Below, one piece after another: positions 43,990 through 55,995 of a DNA stretch of 64,000 bases. Each line of letters starts with the position of its first letter. Position 1 is the first letter of the stretch. Both the position numbers and the translations under genes were made by a program. Source of the DNA: Paraspadella gotoi (Eukaryota; Animalia; Chaetognatha); assembly GCA_051294375.1 (NCBI GenBank), contig CM119269.1, positions 5,467,609 to 5,531,608 of the forward strand. Direction: 5' to 3'. Under the pieces are notes generated by a model. It was not told where the DNA came from. It ran no database searches and saw only the letters and a list, made by a program, of their open reading frames with translations.

Positions 43990-45477
43990 TTATCGCACGC
44001 CCTCGTGCGAGAGTTTTAATATCAAGTCGCGTACGTGTTTCCTCTTATTGTTAATCAGTTCGGCGGGGAACCAGTTTCTAAGTCCCTCCTCGCCGGCGCG
44101 AGCGCGGAGAAAGTCGTCAGAGAAATCGCTGATCGGATGGGAGAAGAAAGACTCGGCGAACTGAAGGAGGAAGAGACCACAATCTACGTCGCCCTCTTGT
44201 AAGGGCACGACGGGCGATAGACACTTAAGGCGTTTACGAAAGTCGGGCACTTTGGCATCGGACAGGCCAGAGGCCTTTTTGTCGGCAAACTCCTCCTGAA
44301 GATAACCCACGACGACGTTGGAAGTGAACTGGGCCACAGCGGAGCCGCCGGACACCGAATCAAAAACGAGAACGCAGGGGCGCCTCGTGACGCGCGTCGC
44401 GGGAAGGATCGAGTCGGGCGGGGTGTAGGAGTCGTACTGGGCGGAGGAAATGGTAGGATAGCAGATGACAATAAGGAACCAGTGCTCTCCCTTGTAGTTG
44501 ACGGGGACGAAGAGAAAGTCTTTGTCAAAAACGTCCACGTTTTTGGTCCACTTGCTGACGCGTCTGTGGCGGCGCCGGTCAAGAGACTCTGTGCGGTCCT
44601 CGTCCTGCGCTAATGTTTTATCCGTGAGACGCTTGTAGAAATACGTTGAAAATATGTGGACTTTTGTGCGAAGTTGGTCGGGAACGAGAGTTTCGTAAAT
44701 ATAGCGCAGGTAAAAGTCAATGATTGTGTCGTTGAGCTCTTTTCCGGCGTCGAGAGAGAGGAGATCTTGCCGAGAAACGGTTATTCTGTTGACGCCGGAG
44801 ACTGGGAAGATTAGCAAAGTCGAGGAGTCGGCGTCGGAGGCGGTGTCCGCCCGCGAGGCCGATTTGTCAGCGTCGTCGTCTCCGCCATCATCAGACAGGA
44901 GCTCGATGACGGTCGCCCCGTCCCCCTCTTCCCAACGTACCGGAGCCGTTTTCAGCGCCGGTCTATTTAAGTCCGGCTTTGATTGGTTAAACGTCGGTGC
45001 CGATTTTCGGCGCTCGGACAGCGAGAGTTTTAAACGCGGCGCCGAGGGTGTGGAAGAGTCGCAACGCCTCGATTTAAATGAGGCAGGCGAGGTGGACGCG
45101 CCCGCGCGAACCTCGGTAAATTTGGGAACTTTTGCCGCAGAGGGGCCGATCGGGCAAAGGGGGTGGATTGGGGGACGGGGTTGTGGACGGGTGATAGTTA
45201 TTTTTGGCCGGGGAACACGAGAAGGGGATTTAGAAGGAACCAGACCGTTGGTTGAGACAGAAGACGCTGATTCGGGCAATGGAATCTTTTTCTTTTTCAC
45301 ATAATCGTCCTCGTTATTTTTGGCGTGGGTGAACCCCAATGAAAAACCGCTGAATTCCGACGCACGGGAAGCCGACTTGGAGGAAAACGACTCCAACCCG
45401 TTTCGAGTGGAAAATAGAAAAGATTTTTGGAGAGAAGCTTTGTTACTTTCCCCGAAATGATCGGATTTCGAAAACAT
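43990..45477 (-). CDS. Sentrin/SUMO-specific protease, SENP6/7 (Ulp2) type (intronless CDS)
   Basis: LNDTIIDFYLRY, HIFSTYFYKRL, RRVSKWTKNVDVFDKDFLFVPVN, catalytic H (HWFL), D (VFDS) and Q/C (QEGDVDCGLFLLQF). Confidence 0.92.
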   Translation of the reverse strand: MFSKSDHFGESNKASLQKSFLFSTRNGLESFSSKSASRASEFSGFSLGFTHAKNNEDDYVKKKKIPLPESASSVSTNGLVPSKSPSRVPRPKITITRPQPRPPIHPLCPIGPSAAKVPKFTEVRAGASTSPASFKSRRCDSSTPSAPRLKLSLSERRKSAPTFNQSKPDLNRPALKTAPVRWEEGDGATVIELLSDDGGDDDADKSASRADTASDADSSTLLIFPVSGVNRITVSRQDLLSLDAGKELNDTIIDFYLRYIYETLVPDQLRTKVHIFSTYFYKRLTDKTLAQDEDRTESLDRRRHRRVSKWTKNVDVFDKDFLFVPVNYKGEHWFLIVICYPTISSAQYDSYTPPDSILPATRVTRRPCVLVFDSVSGGSAVAQFTSNVVVGYLQEEFADKKASGLSDAKVPDFRKRLKCLSPVVPLQEGDVDCGLFLLQFAESFFSHPISDFSDDFLRARAGEEGLRNWFPAELINNKRKHVRDLILKLSHEGVR

Positions 45478-46633
45478 GATTCATTTCATTTTTTTTCGTA
45501 AGCAAAACGCTTTAACGAATGACTTTTCGATCTCAATTGCATCGATCGCATTCAGGCGCTGGTTGAAAGGAGGAAGTTACTTGTTCTCCTTTAGTAGTTT
45601 ATTCGTTTTATATTGAGCGAAGATCTGGTTTAAAGAAAAATTCAAACTTATACACTGTATTCGCTGATCATGACTTTGGGAACACCCTTAAAACTTGACG
45701 ACTAAATCTAAACACATAACACCAGTAGAGGAAAAAATATAAATGAATAAGATAACCCGGCATTAAGAAAATACCTGTGATATTTAATCCGAGAATACCT
45801 AGTTCTAAAACAACAAAAAGCAAATAAAATAGAGATCAAATCCGATTGGACTCTCGGCGAAAATACCAAGTACCAAGATATGAGTAATGTGTATGACAAT
45901 AAAAGTTATCAATTTAATTTTGATTTAATTTCATTATACCTCATTATGGTATGAAGGAAAGAAAGAAAGGAAGGAAAGAAAGAAACATAAGGTCTAGCAA
46001 CAATTAGCGAAAATGACAAAATTCCAAAGGCAAAGCATTACGTACGTTAACTGTTGAGTGTTGTATGACATGATTGACATCAATAAAACATAAGGGCCAG
46101 GTTAAGGCACAAAGACATGGGAATGAGACAACTACCGGCTCAAAAGAGCGCTTCTACTAATGACTAGGAATGGCTAAAAATATCAACAAAAAAAAAATAT
46201 TTAAAAACACCATAGAGTACACTTCAGTGACAATAAAATCAATGCGATGACAAAATGTACCGTATCTGGAACTATACCAAACCGGCCCAAACTTTCAAAA
46301 TATTTCGAAATAGTTTGAAAAGTCTCCACGACAATATATTAAACTTACAACTACTATATTTAAAATGTACGTATATGAAAGTAAAAACATTAAGTAACAA
46401 CGGTGGAGTATAAAAAATAAATAAAAATAAAAAATAGTAGTTTTTTTGTGGGAAACGTAAAGCGAGTAATGTTTAATGAATCGGTCGGTAGATTTTCTAC
46501 TAGTTCACATGGAAGATGAGACAAATTTGTTAATTAAATCAAGCCATAAGAATAAAGGTACCCATTACCCAACGTTATCAGACTGGCTTAAAAATGTTAT
46601 TTTTGTTGTTGAACTAAAATTTTTAATTAAAAG

Positions 46634-49600
46634 TTAATCCATAAGAAAGTAATCCTCAGAATCGTCGTCGGGTCTGTCAAAAAAAAAATAAAAAAAATAA
46701 AAAAATCAGAATTTGAAAAACATGAATATTTATTCCATTGACAAACCTGGAACGCTCTTGGCACGCCTTGCAAGAATTGGAGTGAGTCGAAAGTCCGCAC
46801 AATTTGAGTTCCTCCTCAGAAAAGGTGGTCGGACGAATATGGTCGGACATCCTCTCCACGACGCTTTTTTTGAAATCCTCCATCCACACTGAGTTACGTT
46901 TGGACACGAATTTGTGATCCACTGATAGTGGTAACGCGAAAACTTAAAAATTGCGCCGGAGAAATCGAAAAACAAAAATATAAAGAATCATTCACCCATA
47001 GGAAAAGGGTAATCTTTTCCGATCACACATCTGGCTTCTTCCTGAACGCGTAGAGGAGCTTTCCAAGGACTGAAGAGATAACGAAGCGGAATATCGCGAA
47101 CCTTGAAATTGGAAAAGTAACTCAAGTTTGAAGCGGAATATCGCGGAAATTAAAAAATCTTAAAAGCATAAGGATCGTCCCAATCGCATAAGAAAAATCT
47201 GGATTGACGACAAATTTTGATACTAAAAAAAAACAAAAAAACAGAAAACAAAAACAGAAAGAAACAGAAAGAAAAATTCTATTTTGTGATTGTCAATTAA
47301 AGAAAATAATAAAGTACCATGGAAAATTAAAGTTAGTTTCTGAAAAAAAAAAAAACTTTTTCATTATTAAAAAATAAACTGATCAGTAGACGCAGCCCCT
47401 GAAAAAAAAAATGAAATAAAAACACGATGTTGCGATAGCAAATCATAACATGCACAAATGCGATGCCTAATTTTACGAGTTCAATCCTAATCAATTTTTT
47501 TTTAATAAAAACGCAGAGAGAGAGAGAAAAAAAAAATCAAAAAGCAGCAACAGAAGCAGTAGGAGAAAAGAGAAAAAAAGAAAGAGCCCCTGCAGAGCCA
47601 GCTGCAGACTCGTTTTTTTCCGATGAATAAGCACTGGGGAAAAGAGAGAGAGAGAGCTACATATAATTAAAGGAGAAAAGAAGAGAGAAAAAAACATGAA
47701 AATAAAATAGAGGATATTTAATTTGTTTTGATAAAACGTAAACAAAATATATTAAATAACTGTCCTGACCCAATTTTAATGACATCGATGATGAGAAGCT
47801 GTATATACATTTTCAGCTTCATACACCCAAATTTAATCATCAAAAAGGCGATCTATAATTTGGAACACCGACGACAACGACGACGACGCCATATATGTGC
47901 AAAACCACAGCAAAAGTTCCAAATACCTCGGGAACGTATTTTTTGACGAATTCGCCTTCCGGGTCCATTCTCCGTCCAAAGTTAACGGGGCACATGCATT
48001 TGGAGCAGTCGAGGGCTTTCTCGAAAGCCGAGGAAGAAACCCACATCCAATTGCCGATACCGACGGCCCAGTCGCCGTCGATCTGGGAGCGAACGCATAA
48101 CACAAACGGAAATCAATCTCGGCCTAAGAGAAGTCGGAAGGATATCGCTGCTGTGAAGCTTGCCTGGTATTTAATGAAATGCAAAGCTCCTGGCACCCAA
48201 CTCAGCCAAAGATCGCCCCGGGTCAAAAAGCAGGCCACGGCGTGGCGTCCGACGTGGTGAGTCCACCCTTCGAGAATCAACTACACCAACAGTGAATTAG
48301 CAATTATTATTTGGATACAAAAATTAATCGTAAAATTCGTTTACATTTATTATTTATATTATTACAACTACTATTCTCACTTGTCTTTGAAGCGCATCGA
48401 TCCAAGGATATCCCGTCTTTCCTTCCTTCCATAATTTAAACTGCGCATCATCTTCAAGCCAAGGAATTGGAAGGCAAACGGGGTTGTCTTTTATCTCCGC
48501 AAAATGTGGATTATTAATCGACATTGTGTAAAAGTATTCCCGCCAAATTAATTGAGCTGCCAAAAAAATTTATCAAAGTTTACATGTAAAATGTGTAAAA
48601 AATGTAGAATATCGAAAAAATCAAACTGAAAAATTAAACCAAAGATAAAAACCTAATAAAAAAATACAATGTCAAAAAAATAAAAATAAGAGAAACCAAG
48701 CATAAAAAACATTTATTTTGGGTCGTCGTTAACTAACAAAACCTGATACGGCGGCGGGTTTGTTTGCGATGCTCTCGAGACTCTCTTCATTACGGCACAA
48801 CTCCATGATTCGATGATAAAACAATCGAACGGAGAGGCAACCAAATCGAAAATAAGGGGAAAGCGATCTATGAAAAAAAGGGGAGCGAGGAAACTGGCGA
48901 TTAAGATAGCAAAGCAAAAAAAGTTCATTGATGCCACTCACCTCGACGATCTGACCAAGTTGGGATTCAAAATGTGCGACTGGAATTGGCCTTTCACAAA
49001 GGCTTTCCTCTCCTCTTCTAATCTCACAGACATGTTCTCCAAGGCGTGAGTCTCGCCTGATTTAGATAAAGGTTCGAAGATGAGAAAACTTTATTCGGCT
49101 CCTTTCCAGAGATTAAAAACACCGACCTCCTTTCCAGACATAATTAAGCTTTTGTCCAGAGATGTCTTCATCCACACCCATCTCTTCTAAAGTGGGGACG
49201 TGGTTCCGCTCCCGAAACTCCTCTGGGACGTCGTCGTCGTCCTTTTTCAAGAGAACCGTATCGAAATCCGGATCGGAAACCGGAGTTTCTGGTTCGCCGA
49301 GAGTCGACGCCGTCAACATGAATAAACCTGATACAAGATATATTTCATGTTTAGAAGTCAGAGAAACAAAGTTTGGTCTAATAAGTACATAAGAAAAAAA
49401 AACGTTCTTGTGCGCTAAGATCATAAGTATATACACCTACCGAAAGTGAGCGGCGGGGATCCTCCATTGGCCCTTATTATCTCTCTCGGATCCCAAAGAG
49501 TGTAGCTGACCCTCTCGATGATCTCGACTCCGAGACCTTCCAATAGAGTTCTGACAAAGCAATCGCGCTCCTGCCAGATTGGTTCCAAATCGAGCTCATA

Positions 49601-50135
49601 GGACAAGTGAGTCACTCCCCAGTGAGGGACGAGGCGCTCAAATATTTCGCGGGGGTCTCCATGGAAGATCCAGAGGCGACCACCCACGCGGCGATACTGC
49701 TCGTCCAAATCCTTAGGAATTAGCGAAATGAAATGAGAAATTTGACTATAAAACCTAAAAAAGGAGGCTAATACAAATTAATATTTAAACGTCAGAAAAG
49801 TTTGTCTTTTCTAACCTTCAATGATTCAAGCAGGAAACGCCATCGGTTGTAACCACTGCAAGAGCGAGTTAGATTGAATAAAAAAAAAGGGTGGGTGGGT
49901 TAATGTTTATTAGGGACAAGTTTTTAAATTTTCAACCAGGCCAAAAATTTAGCTCCTATAGTAATGAAAAACGGTACCTGTGCCAAGTCCCGGCGACTCT
50001 CCCGTCAAAAATGAAGACTGGATAGATAGTCTTGGCGCGCTCCATTGAATCCAGCAGGGCGGGGCAGTCGTGGGTGCGGAGCCCGTGGCGATACCAATGG
50101 ATCGCCACGCATTCGTCCCTTTTTCCATTTGCCAT
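46634..50135 (-). CDS. Cryptochrome, Drosophila-type/L-CRY (light-sensitive type 1) clade, about 12 exons
   Basis: [103 protein letters not shown]. The [10 protein letters not shown] and MSxNNP motifs are dCRY-like. Confidence 0.9.
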
Positions 50136-50379
50136 GATATTTGATGCCAGGAAAAAGGTGTAGTGGGGACGCAAAAACTTTCAGAATACGAATGAATTGC
50201 GTCCACAGTAGTTTTTTTTGGTATTAGCTTGAAAAGAAACTTCTCAAAGTTCAAAAAATAATAAAAGCCTTTATCGAATAAACTAAACGATATCAAAATT
50301 TAACCCCCCCGAGAAAGATTAAATTTATTTTAAAAAATAAGAGGCCGTTCGAATTAACGTTTTTTTTTTATAGAGTCCT

Positions 50380-50947
50380 TTATTCATTCTCCTCGGATCT
50401 GAGCCTGGCGTTGGCGTTGGTCACGCGGATGTCCAACTGCTTGGCGCGCTCAACGATCGTCTTCCGCTTTTGCGACGACACGGTATGGGCAATCTCCGCG
50501 GCGTACACGCGGTTCTGCATGAGAAGAACTTCCAAGTCCGACACGTTGTGGACGAGAAATTTCTGGAGAAAAGAAAATTATCATATGGGCTCCATCATTG
50601 TCCAACTAAAAATCATTGATGGAGCATACTTTGAATCCATTGGGGCAAATGTGCTTGGTCTTTTTGTTGCTTCCGTAGCCGATGTTGGGCATTTTGTATT
50701 GGCCCTTAAAACGCCTTCGCACGCGGTTGTCAATACCCTTGGGAACGGAAAAAAGAAAAAAATATGTAGTATTTATGAGAATTGAGCAAACCATAAATAA
50801 CTTAAAACCGTTCACCAGAAACGGCATGTGATATACCTTGGGTTTTCTCCAATTGGGCTTGACGCGAAGAAAGTCAGCAGACTGATGTCTGATGAACTTC
50901 TTCGTCCGCTTCTTCACGATCTTCTTGTTATTCAACGGCCTCACCAT
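50380..50947 (-). CDS. RPL32: 60S ribosomal protein L32 (eL32), 3 exons
   Basis: [19 protein letters not shown]|[39 protein letters not shown]. The stop codon overlaps an AATAAA. Confidence 0.97.
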
Positions 50948-51230
50948 TTTAACGGTTTTATTTTTAAGTTTCTTCTTTAAAAAGAACCCAAATTTCTAAG
51001 AAAAAATGAAAACTGGAAACTTTTAAACCTTTCGAGCTAACAAATCATTTTCATTGAAGAAAACTCGATACATAGAAACCGAAAAATATGAACGAAATTA
51101 GGAAATATATAAAGAAAGGGATTATCCGAGGTTTCGCCGGTTTCTCCGTCACCGCCTTTATCTTCACCATCTTCGCCCAAAACACGGAGATCTTCACCGT
51201 CACCTCAGCACCATCTCTTATAGGTTCCAC

Positions 51231-51476
51231 TCAATCCATCTTCTTGAATCCAATGTCTTTGGCGTATTGATGGAAACACTGCCGACACAAATTGAGGCCG
51301 TATTTTCGGATGAGGCCGTGCCCGTTGCTGGCAGTTTTAAGTAAAGGTTAAGGTCCGTTTTAATCACATAAAACTACATTTAATTATTGTTGAGTCTGTT
51401 ACCTGCACGCCCGGCAGCAGCGGGATCCTTGTCCGTACTTCTTTGGATGAGCGTTCCAAATATTTCCAAATCCCAT
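51231..51476 (-). CDS. RPS29: 40S ribosomal protein S29 (uS14), 2 exons; not in ORF track
   Basis: [25 protein letters not shown]|[31 protein letters not shown]. Confidence 0.96.
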
Positions 51477-51694
51477 TTTTTATTTCGTTCGAACTTGTGT
51501 TTTTGAAAAAAACTGACAATTGAAACTAAAAGAAAGCTTAAATTTATTGATTGAAAATTCTTTTGAAAACGTCATTCAGAAACGGTGACGCGAAGTAACT
51601 TTCATTTAAGAAAAACAAACAGGAAATCGATATAGTTTCAAATTTTGAGACTTCGAGGCAAACTCGTCTTTCTTCCGAGACGAAGGTCGATCGT

Positions 51695-52346
<652 letters not shown>

Positions 52347-52703
52347 TCATTCTCGATCTTCTTGTCTCTCCTTAATGGCCTCTTTAAATCTTTCCTCGAG
52401 CAGCGAAACTTCGGATATCAAGTCAGTCAGGGCGTTAGTGACGGCGTCGGTGGGCGAGTAGTCCGATCCTGCGGTCTGCACGCGCAGCACGAACTTGTGT
52501 TCCAGCGGATGCGGACATTTGTAGCCGGCGAATATGACTTGCGGATCTTTGAGCAACTGGGCGCGGATCATGTTGCCGAGTGTGTGGTCCTCCTTGTTGA
52601 CGGTGAAGATGCAAGCGTTGGGGACTTTGGTGTCCTTTTGCAAAATGATCTTCTTTTCTCCCTCGAAGAGAAGAAAAGATTCGAAAGTTGGGGGAGCGTT
52701 CAT
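52347..52703 (-). CDS. POLR2J: RNA polymerase II subunit RPB11 (intronless)
   Basis: [43 protein letters not shown]. Confidence 0.97.
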   Translation of the reverse strand: MNAPPTFESFLLFEGEKKIILQKDTKVPNACIFTVNKEDHTLGNMIRAQLLKDPQVIFAGYKCPHPLEHKFVLRVQTAGSDYSPTDAVTNALTDLISEVSLLEERFKEAIKERQEDRE

Positions 52704-53044
52704 GGCGCTGGATTCGAATGTTTTGTGTACTAACTACTAAGGTTTACGTTTTATTTCACTGTGAGGCAGTTATCGGAAAAACTGCTAAAACTAAAATATA
52801 GGAAATTTTTTGAAGCATCGAAGAAGATCACAGCGCAAAGAAAAAGACCCAGAAAAGATAACGGGGAGAGCAGAAGTGGACAATGTAAGAATCTTCAACT
52901 GCCAATTCGATCAATAATCATCGTAGGCGATTCTTGTAACAATCTATGGTTCCCATGTAATATCATTGTCGGTGGTTCCAAAAACGAACTACGGGCTGGA
53001 CACGTTTAAACAATTAAACATGTAAGACAAAAACGATACAAAAT

Positions 53045-54144
53045 TCAACCATGACCGGATTTCTTTAACATGAGCGCAACATTAAACTCGATCTCCTTAG
53101 CGTTAATGAAAGGCTGATTAGTCCAAGCAGAAACGTAAAGCATCATTTGGTTGCGGGATTTCACATGAGCCACGTTCTCGTAAATACTTTTTTTCAGCTA
53201 AATGTGAAAAAAATTTAAAATAAAGCGTCAAAATACACTAGTTTAACAATAGATTTTTAGAAAAATGTCGTAATTTCAGTTGTAAAAATAAAAATTTAAC
53301 TAACCTTTAGATCTTTAACAAATTCCGAATAAATAAATTCCGTGATATTGGCAAAGTTGCAATATCCAGGAAACTCGAACACCTAAAAACCGTCTTAAGT
53401 TTAATAATTAGTATAATGCCATCATCCATGTTATAGAGCTGAACGATGAAATTTTATCGCAGCTATTTTTTTATATTTTTCTACATTCATCATAAGCGTT
53501 AGCCTGGGAGTCAGGGTGTATTACCGTTGAAATGGAATGGAGACGATCAAGTGCGCAGAATTCTAAATTCAACGCCTCTAACTTAAAAACGATTTCTTCC
53601 AAATTTCCGATGACTTTTTCCAATAAACGCAAATCTTTTTCCAAGTAATCGGGAATTTCATCGTCGCCTTCCTGAAGATGACTGATATTATATTCCTTTA
53701 CAATTATGGTTAATTTGTAATTCAAATATAAAAAAAATTACATGCCTCTTTCGAAAAGATAAATTCGAGTTTTTTATTAGCAACGAGGACGACGAGCCGT
53801 CTCCCCTCGTCGTGCGCGGCCTTCCACTTGGCAACAGCGTTGTTAACTTCGGCCGCTTTGTCTTTACGCTGACGATCGATTCCGGTCAAATTCGTCCTTG
53901 ACAAATCTGAATTTAAATAATTAAAAATTCAAATTATAAATTTGTATGCACTTCTGGAAATTAAAATAATAATAATAACAAAAATAATAGTAAACAATCA
54001 TTCTCATTAATCAATTGTATTTCACTGAACAACCAAACCTTTAAAATGTTCGTAGTCGACGGCGACGTTTTGAAATGACGCATTGACGTCGTCGCAGAAA
54101 CCTTCCAAGTCGGTTTTGTTTTTTGATTTATTTTTGGACGTCAT
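53045..54144 (-). CDS. CINP: CDK2-interacting protein (CINP)-like, 5 exons
   Basis: NLTGIDRQRKDKAAEVNNAVAKW...HDEG...ANKKL and C-terminal LKKSIYENVAH...YVSAWTNQPFI...MLKKSGHG* resemble the conserved ends of CINP. Confidence 0.75.
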
Positions 54145-54229
54145 ATCTTAAATAATGAGCAAAGGAAGAAGCGTAAAATGCAAAACGAATAATCACATTC
54201 TCCAGTCCAAGATTTGTTTTTTCTGTTTA

Positions 54230-55414
54230 TCATTTGTCATCCTTAAAGTCTTCGCCTAATAACTTCTGCTTTTCTTTCTCCAGCTTCCTCCTCTCCCATT
54301 CCTTGTCGATATAGTCTACGTCGTACAATCTCTCAAACTTTTTTCGAAGTCTTTTCGAGTATTCTAGAGATGGTAAGATTTCATCGCGCATGAGGCTGTT
54401 ATAGTCCGGATTCAGTGGAATATCTCCCGCTGCGTCGGCCACTATTCGTTGGGTGATCTCGCCCGTTTTGACGGCCTTCATGTAGTCCTCGGCCAATTGG
54501 GCCTTGTGATGTAAATCAAGCTCGGTGAGAATCCGCTTCCCGTCCTCGTCCCATCGATCTTCCATGGCGGCGACCTCAGCTTCGGTGAGGGATTGAGTGT
54601 ATCGGATCTCTTTGGCCTCCATGACAGAAAGGGGTTTACCCATTTTGACCGACATGTCCACGTCTAGCAACATGTCTCCCCACCTGGGCCAATTTTTCGG
54701 GTGGGAAGGATCATCGGGGCTGGCGTCGTCAATTGTCGAGTTTAACGCCTCCATATCGAACGTGTCTTCGTCGACGAGCAGCTCCGGCGTAAAAAGAGTC
54801 AGATTCTCAGGAGGAATCAAGGCGGCGGCGACCATACGTTGCTCGCTGGAGAGAAAGTTATAGGTAGATATGGCTTGCTCCGTGCGGAGGATCTCGATCT
54901 GAAGGCCGACGCGGCGACAATACTCGAGGACGGGGCCTTTGTCCCAAAGGGTCGTCCCGTCGCCGTCCCCGAGGATTAAGACGTCGAGACGAGGCTCGAG
55001 AAGGCTAAAGAGGGACAGCGATTCCGGAGTGATGTCGGTGGGGCTGGAGACTCGCCAGCAAAAGGCGCCGCGGGGAAAGAGGACGCAGGGTCCCATGATC
55101 TGAAAGCCGTTGGAGAGACGGAATCCCATCGGGCCGAAGGAAACAACGAAGTAGACATCCCTGTCCTCAGCCTCGTTGAGAATTTCTATAGAATTACCGG
55201 GGGGAATGCCGTCGGCCTCATCGGAGTGGCAACGAACCGACTTGTGAAAGGGGAAAGGGCAGAAAGGCGGGTGGCGGGTGCCGCTTGTCGATAACGAAGA
55301 AAGAACGGCACGGAAATGGACGCCCGGTACGTAGGACGCTACTTCATAAGAGAGAAAAAAATTCTGCGTTGCCAGACGAAACAGCGATGAACGAAAAACA
55401 CGCCGGAGAACCAT
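54230..55414 (-). CDS. NDUFAF3: Complex I assembly factor NDUFAF3 (Mth938-like) with a long C-terminal extension (intronless)
   Basis: GFRLSNG, GPCVLFP, ITPESLSLFSLLEPRLDVLILG, TEQAISTYNFLSSEQRMVAAALIPP, plus a mitochondrial-presequence-like N-terminus. Confidence 0.9.
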   Translation of the reverse strand: MVLRRVFRSSLFRLATQNFFLSYEVASYVPGVHFRAVLSSLSTSGTRHPPFCPFPFHKSVRCHSDEADGIPPGNSIEILNEAEDRDVYFVVSFGPMGFRLSNGFQIMGPCVLFPRGAFCWRVSSPTDITPESLSLFSLLEPRLDVLILGDGDGTTLWDKGPVLEYCRRVGLQIEILRTEQAISTYNFLSSEQRMVAAALIPPENLTLFTPELLVDEDTFDMEALNSTIDDASPDDPSHPKNWPRWGDMLLDVDMSVKMGKPLSVMEAKEIRYTQSLTEAEVAAMEDRWDEDGKRILTELDLHHKAQLAEDYMKAVKTGEITQRIVADAAGDIPLNPDYNSLMRDEILPSLEYSKRLRKKFERLYDVDYIDKEWERRKLEKEKQKLLGEDFKDDK

Positions 55415-55845
55415 TTTCTGATTAGACCTTCAGTTCAGTCACAATTTTACTGAGTAATTATTAAGCAAGATATCTAATAAATAGTAATGAACGGCAAATT
55501 CTTTTTTCAACATAATTTTATATTGGCCGACTGGAGTTAGGGTTAAAGTTAAGGCAATTAAAAAATATTTTTATTATTTTTTTTTCAGTAATTAAATAAA
55601 TAAAATTTTACTTTTAATCACCAGGATTTTAACTTTTTTAAAAATAATAATATTAAAATTATTATCTTATGATTTCAACCTTAAACTCTTAAACCCAAAC
55701 TAACCCTAATCATAACCCCGCCTAACCCCAATCTGCGAAAAAAAATTATGCCATAAAACTTTTACACAATATTTGGCATAATTTTACTTTCGGGGAAGGG
55801 TTTGGTTTACGGTATGGTGGACTAAAATCCACCAACCGTTCATCA

Positions 55846-55918
55846 GCGGCCATTGGTGGCGGAGGCAAGTCATTCGCCTCCCAACCCAAAGGTCCGGGGT
55901 TCTAGCCCGGTGGCCGCC
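55846..55918 (+). ncRNA. tRNA-derived (SINE-head-like) sequence with Pol III A/B boxes; not a canonical tRNA
   Basis: Closing stem GCGGCCA/TGGCCGC; A-box-like TGGCGGAGGCA with TGGC/GTCA stem; anticodon-loop-like CTCCCAA without a good stem; AGGTC variable region; T-arm CCGGG-GTTCTAG-CCCGG (B box GGTTCTAGCCC). Confidence 0.75.
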
Positions 55919-55919
55919 T

Positions 55920-55995
55920 AGCAGTTAAGAGGGACGGGGCGCTTAACCCGCCTGTAACACGGTGTTACAGCCTGATCCGAAGCTCAGGGACTGCT
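55920..55995 (+). ncRNA. Putative twister ribozyme, permuted type P5 variant (family B), fused 3' of the tRNA-like head
   Basis: P5 AGCAGTT/GACTGCT; AA; P2' GAGG; GA; CGGG; GCGCT; T^AA (55944/55945); P2 CCC; GC; P3 CTGTAACAC/GTGTTACAG; P4 CCTGA/TCAGG with loop TCCG-AA-GC. CGGG:TCCG and GC:GC form the two pseudoknots. Confidence 0.8.

Noticed and set aside
52704-53044. Possible snoRNA or micro-ORF in the CINP-POLR2J spacer
   Set aside because: No paired C and D boxes with a terminal stem; only a 23-codon ORF without recognisable features.
53383-53524. ATGATGA C-box in a CINP intron suggesting a C/D snoRNA
   Set aside because: No downstream CTGA D box.
55795-55850. Minus-strand CTGATGA followed by a long hairpin and TAAAC, resembling a hammerhead next to the tRNA-like domain
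   Set aside because: GAAA is absent (TAAAC), and no NUH triplet or stem I/III could be placed.
55846-55918. Functional tRNA-Gly(CCC) gene
   Set aside because: The anticodon stem does not pair, D-arm spacing is off, the T loop is shifted (TTCTAG) and there is no nearby T-run terminator. Better read as tRNA-derived.
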